64,000 bases of DNA from contig DASXFM010000562.1 of NCBI GenBank assembly GCA_036489615.1, positions 4,002 through 68,001 of the forward strand. The letters are read 5' to 3'. The position numbers and the translations under genes were made by a program. Numbering within the stretch: the first letter of the stretch is position 1; each line of letters opens with the position of its first letter. Positions 53,301 to 61,722 of the stretch are shown one piece after another. Origin of the DNA: Verrucomicrobiia bacterium. GTDB lineage: Bacteria; Verrucomicrobiota; Verrucomicrobiia; Limisphaerales; UBA11358. The notes beneath the pieces were generated by a model. That model had not been told where the DNA came from, did no database searches, and saw only the letters and a program-made list of their open reading frames with translations.

Positions 53301-54604
53301 TGCGGCATGTTCACTGCCTGTGCCGGGCTGAAATTGCCGTTGCCGTCGCAATTGCCTTGCTCGCCGGTGGACGGCGCGTAATCTCGCCCGTCCATGCCAT
53401 ACATTCCGGGACTGCCGCCATAATTGCCCAGGATGGCGTTAAATTCATTATACAGCGGAAAATTGAGAAGCCGCATTCCCGAATTGAGATAATCGTTATA
53501 ATCCTCGCCCGAGGGCAGGGCAGAAGGGTCGCATTCGCCAAAGAGCATCGCATCATTGCGCGGAACTTCAGTGCTAAAGCAACTATTGCGATCGCCGTCG
53601 GTTTCAAGGTAGCCGTTGCCGGTCACATTATTGCCGTAGCCGTGTACGTAATCGTACATCGCCTGGACCGCCCCCGTGTACCCGCCAAAGGTCGGATCGT
53701 CAGTCTGGCCGGATTCATTGCCAAAAAAATTCTTCGGCACATGTTTTACGGCGTCCAAACGAAACCCATCGCACCCAGTCATGTATTCCGTCCATGCTAT
53801 TGCCCGGCACAGGTAAGTGGATACGTCCTCAGGCACAGGTTGGCCATGGCCGTCAAATGGCCGCCATCCGTATAAGGGGCCGTATCCATTGGTCATTGGC
53901 CAGCCTGTTCCGGCGCCGGAACCCAAAAAAGCCCCGTTCGTGTCCATGTACAAATCCGTCCGGCCCGGGAATCGGATAAAAACCGGCTTGGTCGTCGTGT
54001 CCCCGAGTGCCGGCCCGTAATTCAAATTCACCGCGCCCGGTTCCTGCGCCAGGTCGCACAGGCCTTCCAAAAGTTGATTTTCAACCTGCCATGTGTCGCA
54101 CCAGTCGCTGATGTTTGCCCAACTTTGATAACCGCCCGAAACCGTCTGCAAATGGAAATCCTGTGGAATCAGCCCCGGATAGTACGTCGTCGGTGTGCCG
54201 GACCCCGGATAACCGGGCACAGTGGACGCCCGATGGTTCATCACGTCGTCGAAATAGACGCGGATGCCAAACCGATGCGCCGTTTGGACCATTTGAATCA
54301 ATTGCGACTGGGTCCCGTACATCGTTGCGACCGTTCCTTGTTGATTGGTACTGCCCAGGTCAAATGGATCAAAAACGTCATAACCGACCGAATAACCGCC
54401 GGTGTTGCCTTTGCAGGGATTAGGCAGGTAAAGGCTGTCGTAGCCGGCCTCGGCGATTTCAGGGATCTTCGCGGAAACCTCCGGCCACGTTTGCTGAAAC
54501 AATTCCAGCACCGCCTCGCCCCGGCTCTGTCGCTGTGGTACGAAACAAAGACACAAAAAGGTGGCGGCGAGGATCGCGCGGCGGATAAAAGGCTTTAATT
54601 GCAT
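50381..54604 (-). CDS. very large secreted GH13 (alpha-amylase family) enzyme with a long beta-rich C-terminal region
   Basis: The internal ATG gives the signal MQLKPFIRRAILAATFLCLCFV. GH13 conserved regions: YFDDVMNHRA (I), GFRLDAVKHV (II), LFGECD (III). About 850 further residues end in a ...KFYEIQV module. Confidence 0.85.
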   Translation of the reverse strand: MQLKPFIRRAILAATFLCLCFVPQRQSRGEAVLELFQQTWPEVSAKIPEIAEAGYDSLYLPNPCKGNTGGYSVGYDVFDPFDLGSTNQQGTVATMYGTQSQLIQMVQTAHRFGIRVYFDDVMNHRASTVPGYPGSGTPTTYYPGLIPQDFHLQTVSGGYQSWANISDWCDTWQVENQLLEGLCDLAQEPGAVNLNYGPALGDTTTKPVFIRFPGRTDLYMDTNGAFLGSGAGTGWPMTNGYGPLYGWRPFDGHGQPVPEDVSTYLCRAIAWTEYMTGCDGFRLDAVKHVPKNFFGNESGQTDDPTFGGYTGAVQAMYDYVHGYGNNVTGNGYLETDGDRNSCFSTEVPRNDAMLFGECDPSALPSGEDYNDYLNSGMRLLNFPLYNEFNAILGNYGGSPGMYGMDGRDYAPSTGEQGNCDGNGNFSPAQAVNMPQTQDPGSCCPSDESLENAYFFMHEGLPMVYSDGYNHNTSGNTPIASYYNFLGENGDNSGPDTMYLHNQLSRGGTWSRWSDQNVVLYERYDYREGTNTAPWTQAVVLFGMNDDFGYPGDITFDDGVTNRTSDGYYLVGTNTANGSASADTSLSNSRHLGIVVGFPPGTVLTQLSSSGDVTGGYRAYHQLLVHGATTSLSAAQSSTNAAIPANRLIYIGGQTPATGGGAIELVIPSGAWVMYGIQWPQPSQNNPMTNAIIFTQGGAQVPSLLVYRHDGPNGQTNYSPLFPFKMRGGVDPYGNIVYAPGEGNVSNLTYGIEVPVVTNAPFNILVNSDASTSNTLVKLDGGIDLNSQMDLGPTNFQVGMAPTNFLDLRDNPPGYSDDVFLGYEQTALQFRNGPEKFAARDAANDTVVSLGAETYYYTVGGGSNDIPGSGYGAGITNATAAWVWHDPTNAVTALNTNAPFQRNPLSPSGGQPVDIWVQSGYEFQVNTCYIYYTTDGSNPEGAFGVGTGTTRVIPVFWVAHDSAITNVDWWKGTIPGVPSGTQIRYKVSLFNGGSYGFAAGNATNWPSISPISYAEPSGSKLFGLTQAAITNFNPTAAVVWTHDDLNTANTYRGLQTGFHIIRARAFLPRAGQSSVYNTFIQTFYYDGSLPTGAIVSPTPGITLSNQTYTIVIRGDSSVTEADVNIQDSETNSYDRYTGQANGIGNDASGNPVFAAAPQVKPNPALSAIYTNYPAEFDMNFPYVPTNGPVTITVRLKELTSTIYTNRYTTLTTSASAAAATKYVDISNPSQNGQIITLPGGSAFTIQACFTTNLLNGINGSQAPNYFSIFINGVFQPRALNGNFYTIGGSGCSTGMRLLSYNWNGPTQGSNTIQVVFSNTTATVVSDTKTVIIGQPLQITSVSPADQLIVWASTSGLNYEVLATTNLAQPFEPLSGIIPSQGTSTFFDDTANDPPVPQKFYEIQVISSQ

Positions 54605-54876
54605 TGCGAAGTGAATAGTGAAGTCATCGGTGCAAATGGCTGGCGCTTCCGCGGGACCTTCGAGGATAGGCAAAATTTAGTTGTTCCAGGCATTCCGTAA
54701 ACGGGCTCTCAATAACGCTGTTAACAGTAGTATCGCCTTAGAACTCAATTGTTTCTACCACATTTTTGTGCGGTCATTCAGAGTCACCAGTATTGGTGAC
54801 ATGAGGAAAAACCGATATCTGATATCTTTATCTCGTTGGTAGGCCACACCGTTCTCGATGTGGTTGTGTTTAAAGA

Positions 54877-54902
54877 GGCCGGAGTAGTGTCCGGCCTTTT
54901 TT
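54877..54902. terminator. hairpin plus T6 run; orientation fits a plus-strand transcript better than the adjacent minus-strand ROK gene
   Basis: GGCCGGA-GTAGTG-TCCGGCC (54877-54896), followed by TTTTTT on the plus strand. On the minus strand it is followed by UCUUUAAAC. Confidence 0.55.
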
Positions 54903-54917
54903 ATTTCCCGAATCGAT

Positions 54918-56063
54918 TTACCCGCGTTTTTGATCCAGCTTGCGCAGCGCAAAGGCATACGCCCCGATCGCAATCGCTTCGCTCGTCCCCAGCCGGGAAA
55001 TACCAATGCCAATCCGTTGCAACGAATCGTACTTAATTTTGCGTTTCAAGCCGGGGATCGTAATCGCACGGTTCGCCCCCTTAAGAAATCTTTTCAATTG
55101 GGCTTTGTCCTCCAGATTAAAGGCCGGTTGAGGCAGCCGGCGGAACGTCTCGCCATTCGGAGCCGTGTAGGAATCATTCATCTCTCCAATGAGCGCCGGC
55201 AAAAACAGACGCCAGCCTTTGGAAAGGCCGCCCCCAATGACCGCCAGGCCGTCGATCAGCGTCAGTGCGTTGCCCATGGCGTTGCCCGCCACTTCACCCA
55301 ATCGCCGATACGCTTCCATGGCGGCCCCGCGCTTCCCGGGCGCCTCGCCAAGCGCGATTTGTTCAATCACCCGCGGATCGGGGGCTTCTGCCACCTTAAT
55401 TCCAGCTTCTTCCGCATAAACCCGCCGGATAGCCCGAATGCTGACTCCTTCCTCGACGTTCGTTTTAGGATGGAACTTATGCCGCGTGAGCCAGATTTGT
55501 GACGCGTTTGAATTGTCGCCCGTGAGCAACTCGCCGTCGCGCGCAAGACCTCCGCCAAAACCAGTGCCCAGTGTGACGCCGAAAAGGTTTTTGTAGCGCT
55601 TGGAACTTCCGGCCTTTTCAAGCAATCCGTTGACGTACGGTAAAAACCCGGCGATCGCCTCGCCGTACGTGAATAGTTCTCCATCGTTATTGATGGTCAC
55701 CGGTATGCCAAAAATGTGTGCCAGCATGGGGCCAAGCGCCACGCCGCCGCGGAACGCCGGAAGATTCGGCAAATCACCGATGATCCCCGCCGGATAATCC
55801 GCCGGACCGGGAAAGGCGAAACTAATCGCCACCGGGCGGCGGGGGCACTGCTTTTTGATTTCGGTGAAACCAGCGACGACGTTCGCCAGGCATTTTTTTA
55901 AATCGTCCCCGTTGCTGGGCGTGGTGACAGTTTCCGTGATGCGTTTGTTGCCCCGCATGGCGGAAAAGCGAAAACTCGTGCCGCCCGCGTCGAGCGTCAT
56001 CACAATGCGTGAGTCGTGGTTGTACCCGGCTCTTTTAGAAATCATTGTCATTCTCTTCGTCAT
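54918..56063 (-). CDS. ROK-family sugar kinase (glucokinase-like)
   Basis: LDAGGTSFRF ATP-binding N-terminus and the ROK glycine-rich region GVTLGTGFGGG. The start is uncertain: TTG at 56069, ATG at 56063, 56051 or 56045. Confidence 0.85.
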   Translation of the reverse strand: MTKRMTMISKRAGYNHDSRIVMTLDAGGTSFRFSAMRGNKRITETVTTPSNGDDLKKCLANVVAGFTEIKKQCPRRPVAISFAFPGPADYPAGIIGDLPNLPAFRGGVALGPMLAHIFGIPVTINNDGELFTYGEAIAGFLPYVNGLLEKAGSSKRYKNLFGVTLGTGFGGGLARDGELLTGDNSNASQIWLTRHKFHPKTNVEEGVSIRAIRRVYAEEAGIKVAEAPDPRVIEQIALGEAPGKRGAAMEAYRRLGEVAGNAMGNALTLIDGLAVIGGGLSKGWRLFLPALIGEMNDSYTAPNGETFRRLPQPAFNLEDKAQLKRFLKGANRAITIPGLKRKIKYDSLQRIGIGISRLGTSEAIAIGAYAFALRKLDQKRG

Positions 56064-56380
56064 CCTCAAAATTTAAATCGTCCTTGTCTTCGAAATTTAC
56101 GATTTACGCGCTGAAGGCTGAATCTCAAACCAACTGACTGAAGCCCTGTAAGGGCGACCGATAATAGCCCAGGGCAAAGCGCGAGTTTTGGCAAGTGGCG
56201 CTGCCACCGAGCGCGCCGCCCTGGGTAATGTCGATCTCGAACAAGCCGCCGACTGCGAAGCCGCGCGATAGCGCGAGTCTGATCTGCGGCACCGTCTGAA
56301 ACGAAATACCGTGGTAAAACATGGTTAAAATCGCCCTCAACAGCGCGAGATAATCCGATCGTCAAGATGGGTACGCGCGC

Positions 56381-58237
56381 TTACGCCGGAACGGTGCGCT
56401 TGTCGCGTCCGATTTTATGCCCGATTAAACCATAAAACCCGACATACGCATAGGCAATCAGGGGAATAATAAAAGCGGGCCGCAAGTCATGGGTCAAATC
56501 CGCAACTTTGCCCATCAACTCCGGTAATATTGCGCCGCCGAAAACCGCCATGACCAACAACGATGAAACCTGGCTTTTCAGGACTCCCATGCCGTCAAGG
56601 GCGAGTGAGAAAATATTTGGCCAGCCGATGGATGTGAACAGGCCGACGCCGACGACACACCAAACGGCCATTGTGCCTCCGAAGATAATCGCGAGAGCGA
56701 GGAGCGCAACTATGGTTGAACAAAAGATGAGGAGGGTGCGGCCGGCGAGCGCCTGGCCAAATTGAAATAAAAGCCAGCACAGGGCAACCAGAGGCAAATA
56801 GATTTTAAACTTGCTCCAGTATTGAACAAAATTGCTTTTCCATAATGCCAGAACATCACCTAGGCTCGAACCTCCATGCATCGCATCCAGGGGGGCGCTG
56901 ACAGCGGTCCAAAGAAACAAATAAGCCAGGAGAGGCACCACAATCAGCAACAGTTGCTTTTTGGCCTTCCGCATTTCACTCAACTCAATCGCCCCCATGA
57001 AACGTCCGATCAACATACCGCCCCAAAAGATCGCAACATATTTGCTTGCCTCGACTTCAGGTAATCCGGCGACGTTTTTCTGGCCGAGAAAACTGATGAT
57101 GGAACTGCCAATTGAAACCTCACCGCCCACATACATAAAAATGGCGAAAACACCAAGGACAACGTGCGGATACTTGAGTGCGCCAATTCCAGGTTCCACT
57201 TTGCCTTCACCCACGTGAGGCAGGTGAATCATAAAGAAAATCGCGGCCAATACCAAAAAGGCGATACAAAACATGAGATAGGGCACTTTGACCGAGTCTG
57301 TCCCATGGGCTCCGGAATGCGCGAAATATTGGAAAATCAGAAAGCCGCCGATGAGCGGGCCGGTGGTGGTGCCCAGGGAATTGAAAGCCTGGGAAAGGTT
57401 TAGCCTGCTGGATGCAGTGCGTTCAGGTCCCAATATGGTCACGTAAGGATTGGCGGCGATCTGGAGCATGGCGAATCCAACGCCCACGATGAACAGACCG
57501 GCGAGAAAAATCCAATACGGCAACAAATCTTTATTAACCTCGTGGGAATATGCATCTTCCAACAGTACCCGGTTCAACAACACAAGTGATTGGCCTTTTG
57601 GATTTGTGGAAAGCAAGTCTGTGGTCGTCTGCTCCAACTTGACGCCGGAAAACCGCTGCTGATCATAAATGGAGGGACCGTCGATGATTTTATTCAAATC
57701 CTGGGCTAATGCCGTTTTCAAAGTGTCTTGCCCGGCATTTTGTTTGAGAGATTGTTGGGTGGATTCGGATAAATTATTGAATATGTAAACTGAAACCGGA
57801 TCTTTCTGTTCGCTTAGTTGCTGGCTGAAGGATGACAGGTTCCCAAGGTCCCCCGGCAAAATCATAGACGCGCGTGGAGCGAGCGTCGCCGCTGGCCAAA
57901 ACAGGCCCGCGCCAAGAGCAGAAAGCAAAAGACCAATGATCACGCCGTTCTTGTATCCGATTTTTGCAATAGGGTCGCCGAGCCATGCGGAAATCGCAAA
58001 ATACGCCAGCGAACCGATGAAATACGCTCCAAAGAAGCACATCTGCACGAGCATCGCTTCGGTGTAATTCAATGCGAAGGCTTCTTTGAACCGCGGAATC
58101 AAAATGTCGTTGAAAACCGTCATGAACCCCCACATGAAAAAGAGAACGGTCATAATCGCGAACGGTCCCCGGTAGTTTTGGCCGTCGGTGGTTGAAGACG
58201 CGGTCGCCGAGGAATTGGAAGTCGTTACGTGTGCCAT
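56381..58237 (-). CDS. MFS sugar transporter of the FucP / glucose-galactose transporter family, with a large hydrophilic insertion
   Basis: FFMWGFMTVFNDILIPRFKEAF and LQIAANPYVTILGP signature motifs. At 618 aa it is longer than the ~430 aa I recall as typical for this family. Confidence 0.85.
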   Translation of the reverse strand: MAHVTTSNSSATASSTTDGQNYRGPFAIMTVLFFMWGFMTVFNDILIPRFKEAFALNYTEAMLVQMCFFGAYFIGSLAYFAISAWLGDPIAKIGYKNGVIIGLLLSALGAGLFWPAATLAPRASMILPGDLGNLSSFSQQLSEQKDPVSVYIFNNLSESTQQSLKQNAGQDTLKTALAQDLNKIIDGPSIYDQQRFSGVKLEQTTTDLLSTNPKGQSLVLLNRVLLEDAYSHEVNKDLLPYWIFLAGLFIVGVGFAMLQIAANPYVTILGPERTASSRLNLSQAFNSLGTTTGPLIGGFLIFQYFAHSGAHGTDSVKVPYLMFCIAFLVLAAIFFMIHLPHVGEGKVEPGIGALKYPHVVLGVFAIFMYVGGEVSIGSSIISFLGQKNVAGLPEVEASKYVAIFWGGMLIGRFMGAIELSEMRKAKKQLLLIVVPLLAYLFLWTAVSAPLDAMHGGSSLGDVLALWKSNFVQYWSKFKIYLPLVALCWLLFQFGQALAGRTLLIFCSTIVALLALAIIFGGTMAVWCVVGVGLFTSIGWPNIFSLALDGMGVLKSQVSSLLVMAVFGGAILPELMGKVADLTHDLRPAFIIPLIAYAYVGFYGLIGHKIGRDKRTVPA

Positions 58238-58327
58238 AGGTTTTTCAGATTTTTACGATTCCGGGAGGGAATTGCAATTCCAATCCCGGACCCGGTTCCA
58301 AAAAAGGCCACACCTCTGTTCTGGGCA

Positions 58328-58400
58328 AATGGGTAGCGCACGCGCCCTCGCGTGCGGTTCGACCGCGCCTCGTGGTCGAACGGACGCGCGCCACCGCGCG
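58328..58400. repeat. GC-rich REP-like element (three adjacent hairpins), family 1 copy A
   Basis: CGCACGCG-CCCT-CGCGTGCG (58337-58356), GTTCGACC-N9-GGTCGAAC (58357-58381), CGCGCG-CCAC-CGCGCG (58385-58400). Homologous to 63722-63775. Confidence 0.6.
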
Positions 58401-58551
58401 TGGATCGAGCGCGATAGCGTGTGTGCTCCCCATTGATTTCGTGTCTGCAAAAAGTAGGACGCGCCCTTCTAAAAACTTCCCCCGTTCATTTCTGCGTGCC
58501 CGTCGTATTTTTTCCTTTTTCCTGAGCCCCTTTTCCTTCAATCTCCAGCGC

Positions 58552-59499
58552 ATGAAAAAGCAAAATTTCGAAGCGAAAACGGAGAAAATCCGCGCGGCAT
58601 TCCTTGAACTAAAAAAGAAACAGCCCGAAAAACTAAAGACGCGGCTGAACCTTTCGTGGAGCAACTGGGGTTTTGGCATGGAGCCATTGTCCGACTCCGC
58701 CGCCCGCCTGGAAAAGAGCGGAATCAAATTTATCGAACTCCACGGCAATCACTACGGCCCGGACCTGGGCTATAAAGTCGCTGAAACCAAACAAATCCTC
58801 GGCGATCACGGAGTTCAAGCGGCCGGCATTTGCGGCATGTTTTCGCCCGATAACGATCTTTCGAGCAATCGCGGCATTCACCGGCAGGCCGCGGTCGATT
58901 ATTTGAAACGCGAACTGGACTTCACCAAACAAATGGGCGGCGAATATATTCTCGTGGTTCCCGGCGCGGTCGGCCGGCCAAATGCCTATGACAAATCCGA
59001 ATTCGAACGCAGCGTCGCCACCCTTCAACTGGTCGCCGACTTGTTTGCAAAAAACAAAATCAAAGCGGCCATCGAACCCATTCGCGCCGCCGAAGTCAGC
59101 CTGGTCCATACCATTGCTGACGCGAAGAAGTATATCGCGGCAGTTGGCCATCCAGCCATTGGGAATATCAACGGCGACGTGTATCACATGCAATCCGAAG
59201 AATCGCACATCGGCGAGGCGTTGCTCGATGCCGGGGACCAATTGCTAAACCTTCACATGGCCGACAGCAATCGCTGCGCTCTCGGTGAAGGCGCCATGGA
59301 CCTGGATTCCATCATCATGGCCCTGTACCTCATCGGCTTTAACACCAAAGGCCACTACGTAACTCCCGAACCGCTCGGCCCGGGCGGCGATCCGTATCCC
59401 GCCATGCATGGCAAGCCGGACAAAAAATTACTCGATAAAATGGTCAGCCAAACGGCCCGCTACTTCCGCGAACGCGAAGAAGCGCTCTTAGAGGCGTAG
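58552..59499 (+). CDS. sugar phosphate isomerase/epimerase (xylose isomerase-like TIM barrel)
   Basis: The internal ATG gives MKKQNFEAKTEKI. Length and motif spacing (IELHGNHY...EPIRAAE...HMADSNR) fit the AP-endonuclease-2/TIM family. The upstream part of the listed ORF overlaps the REP element. Confidence 0.8.
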   Translation: MKKQNFEAKTEKIRAAFLELKKKQPEKLKTRLNLSWSNWGFGMEPLSDSAARLEKSGIKFIELHGNHYGPDLGYKVAETKQILGDHGVQAAGICGMFSPDNDLSSNRGIHRQAAVDYLKRELDFTKQMGGEYILVVPGAVGRPNAYDKSEFERSVATLQLVADLFAKNKIKAAIEPIRAAEVSLVHTIADAKKYIAAVGHPAIGNINGDVYHMQSEESHIGEALLDAGDQLLNLHMADSNRCALGEGAMDLDSIIMALYLIGFNTKGHYVTPEPLGPGGDPYPAMHGKPDKKLLDKMVSQTARYFREREEALLEA

Positions 59500-59572
59500 C
59501 AGCGGCTTGGGGGGAGAGGGAATCATCCTCATTGTCATCGTCATCCTCAAGATTACGAATTGCGACTGACGT

Positions 59573-59633
59573 GGCGTAGCAACGGACATGGTGACTGCCG
59601 TGCAAACCGCTCCGCTCTGAGTAATTTCGCGGA
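59573..59633. repeat. short intergenic repeat, family 2 copy A
   Basis: GGCGTAGCAACGGAC...CCGCTCTGAGTAATTTCGCGGA. Related to 61723-61765. A third partial GGCGTAGCAGCGG lies at 59493-59505. Confidence 0.45.
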
Positions 59634-59688
59634 CCCGGCGTCGATTTAAGCTTTCCGCGGAAACGCTTTCCATTACGCTTCCCCCGGC

Positions 59689-61686
59689 ATGCAGCGATTA
59701 CCATCTCAATCGCTTCTCAGAACCATCGTTCGCGGGCTTCCGCGATTCGGTCCAGTGATTGTTTTGACGCTGGCCGTTCAGGGACATGCCTCGGACACCG
59801 ACAGTATCCAATTTGGGCCCCCGCACGATTGGGTCAGACCGCAACTATTCAACCGCCAGGCTGCGAGTCCTCCCGATTCCACCGCCGAAGACCAATTGCT
59901 ATTGCTGGAGCATCAGTTCAACGCCACTCAAAACGAATCCTTCGTTCATTCCGCCACCCGGGTTCTCACGATGGACGGCGTTGAAAAGGATTCCAATTTG
60001 AAAATCGACTTCGACCCGACTTACGAATCTTTGACGTGGCACTGGGCGCGCATTTGGCGTGACGGTCGGAATTTGGAACGGCTTGATACCAATAGTGTCC
60101 AGGTCGTCCGTCAGGAAAAAGACCTGGACGAAGCCATGCTCAATGGCGAAAAGACCGCGATCCTGGTTTTGGACGACGTCAGGGTGGGGGACGTCATCGA
60201 CTATGCGTATTCGCTCAAAGGCGATAACCCCATTTCAGCCGGCCATTTTTCCGCCGTCGTTCCAGTCCAAATGGCGCAGCCCGCCGATCGGTTTCTGACG
60301 CGCGTGTTGTGGCCTCGTGGAAAAGGTCTTTATGCCGTCGGACACGGATGCTCCGTGCAACCGGTGACGGCCACGAGCAAAGATACGATTGAGTTTACCT
60401 GGGATTTCAGGGATGCCCCGGCGGTCGCGAACGAAGATTCTCTTCCGCCCTGGTTCGACTCGGAACACTGGGTCCAGTTGAGCGATTTCAGAACCTGGGC
60501 CGATGTCAATCAATGGGCCTTGAAATTGTTCCAAAGCGCCACCGCTTCCCCAATTTCAGCCGACCTGGCCGAAAAGATCGGAGAATGGAAACAAATCCCA
60601 AACCAGGAACAACAAATCCTGGCGGCCTTGCAATTCGTCCAGGATGAAGTGCGCTATTTCGGAATCGAAATCGGGGCCAGTTCCGAAAAGCCGGCGAGTC
60701 CGTCCACGGTATTCTCCCGGCGCTTCGGTGATTGCAAAGACAAATCGCTGTTATTCGTTTCGATCCTGCGCGCTTTGGGAATTCAGGCGTGGCCGGTCCT
60801 GGTGAATTCCGTGTTGGGACGGTCCATTGAAAGCTGGCAGCCCGGCGCGAGCGCATTTGATCATTGCATTGCCGAAGTCCAATCCTACGGCCAAACCTAT
60901 TTTTTGGATCCTACCCTAACTTACCAGCGAGGGCCGCTGGCGGCGCATTACTTGCCCAACTACGGGCGCGGCCTCATCATTTCTCCCTGGACGACCGGAC
61001 TGGCTGTCATTCCGCAAACCACCGGCCTGCCCGAGACAACCACCACCGAATATTTCCGGATGGGAATGGTGAACCAACCGGCAACTCTGAAAGTAGTCAC
61101 CGTGGCTGGCGGCCGCGACGCCGATTTTTCACGGGCAATGTTTGCCACCACCAAACTCGCCTATATCGAAAAGTACTACACCCATTTCTATTCTGACCAA
61201 TATCCCGAGATTAAAATGTCCTCGCCCATCGTTGTCGAAGACGATGCGGACCAGGACAGGTTCCAAACCACCGAATTCTATACCATCGATAATATGTGGA
61301 CGCGGCCGGATAAAGGCGTCCGCAAGGTCGAATGCCAATTCTACCCTGCCGGCATCGCCGGTTTGCTGAAAAAACCCGTTGATACCGACCGGACATTGCC
61401 CCTCGGAATTGATTTCCCGGAACATCAAATTTTACGCACGGAAGTGACCATGCCTCAGGACTGGCCCCAGGGTAGCGACGAGAAAACGGTCACGGATCCC
61501 GCCTTTACTTTCCGAAAACTGTATCGCGCCGCCGGCAACAAAGTGATCATGGAATACGAATTTCAGGCATTGGCCGATTCAGTCGCACCGGATGGAGTCA
61601 GCGATTACCTTCAGCGGATTGACCAATGCTCAAAATTGGTGGGGAACACCCTGACCTGGAGCACGGTCACCATAGTGTACCCGTGA
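59689..61686 (+). CDS. DUF3857-type N-terminal domain plus transglutaminase-like cysteine protease core protein
   Basis: 665 aa with a signal-like N-terminus. The transglutaminase core is RRFGDCKDKSLLFVSILRALGI, with downstream His/Asp (FDHCIAEV...YFLDPT). Confidence 0.85.
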   Translation: MQRLPSQSLLRTIVRGLPRFGPVIVLTLAVQGHASDTDSIQFGPPHDWVRPQLFNRQAASPPDSTAEDQLLLLEHQFNATQNESFVHSATRVLTMDGVEKDSNLKIDFDPTYESLTWHWARIWRDGRNLERLDTNSVQVVRQEKDLDEAMLNGEKTAILVLDDVRVGDVIDYAYSLKGDNPISAGHFSAVVPVQMAQPADRFLTRVLWPRGKGLYAVGHGCSVQPVTATSKDTIEFTWDFRDAPAVANEDSLPPWFDSEHWVQLSDFRTWADVNQWALKLFQSATASPISADLAEKIGEWKQIPNQEQQILAALQFVQDEVRYFGIEIGASSEKPASPSTVFSRRFGDCKDKSLLFVSILRALGIQAWPVLVNSVLGRSIESWQPGASAFDHCIAEVQSYGQTYFLDPTLTYQRGPLAAHYLPNYGRGLIISPWTTGLAVIPQTTGLPETTTTEYFRMGMVNQPATLKVVTVAGGRDADFSRAMFATTKLAYIEKYYTHFYSDQYPEIKMSSPIVVEDDADQDRFQTTEFYTIDNMWTRPDKGVRKVECQFYPAGIAGLLKKPVDTDRTLPLGIDFPEHQILRTEVTMPQDWPQGSDEKTVTDPAFTFRKLYRAAGNKVIMEYEFQALADSVAPDGVSDYLQRIDQCSKLVGNTLTWSTVTIVYP

Positions 61687-61722
61687 TTGCTGGCGGCAGT
61701 GGTACGGATGGCGTCCTTCGTC

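Noticed and set aside
56066-56365. ORFs of 99 aa and 71 aa in the gap between the MFS transporter and the ROK kinase genes.
   Set aside because: There is no convincing start context or domain. The DNA contains an inverted repeat (GCCCAGGGC at ~56168 and GCCCTGGGT at ~56217). The translation (..TQGGALGG..FALGYYRSPLQGF..) resembles the spurious peptides produced by dispersed intergenic repeat elements. I treat it as repeat or structured DNA, not a CDS. I could not find a second copy in the window.
58245-58748. 167-aa minus-strand ORF, and the 60-codon N-terminal extension of the isomerase ORF (58372-58551).
   Set aside because: Both run through the REP-like hairpin cluster and a divergent promoter region. 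The isomerase has a good internal ATG (58552) that begins the conserved domain. The extension is Arg/Ser-rich junk.
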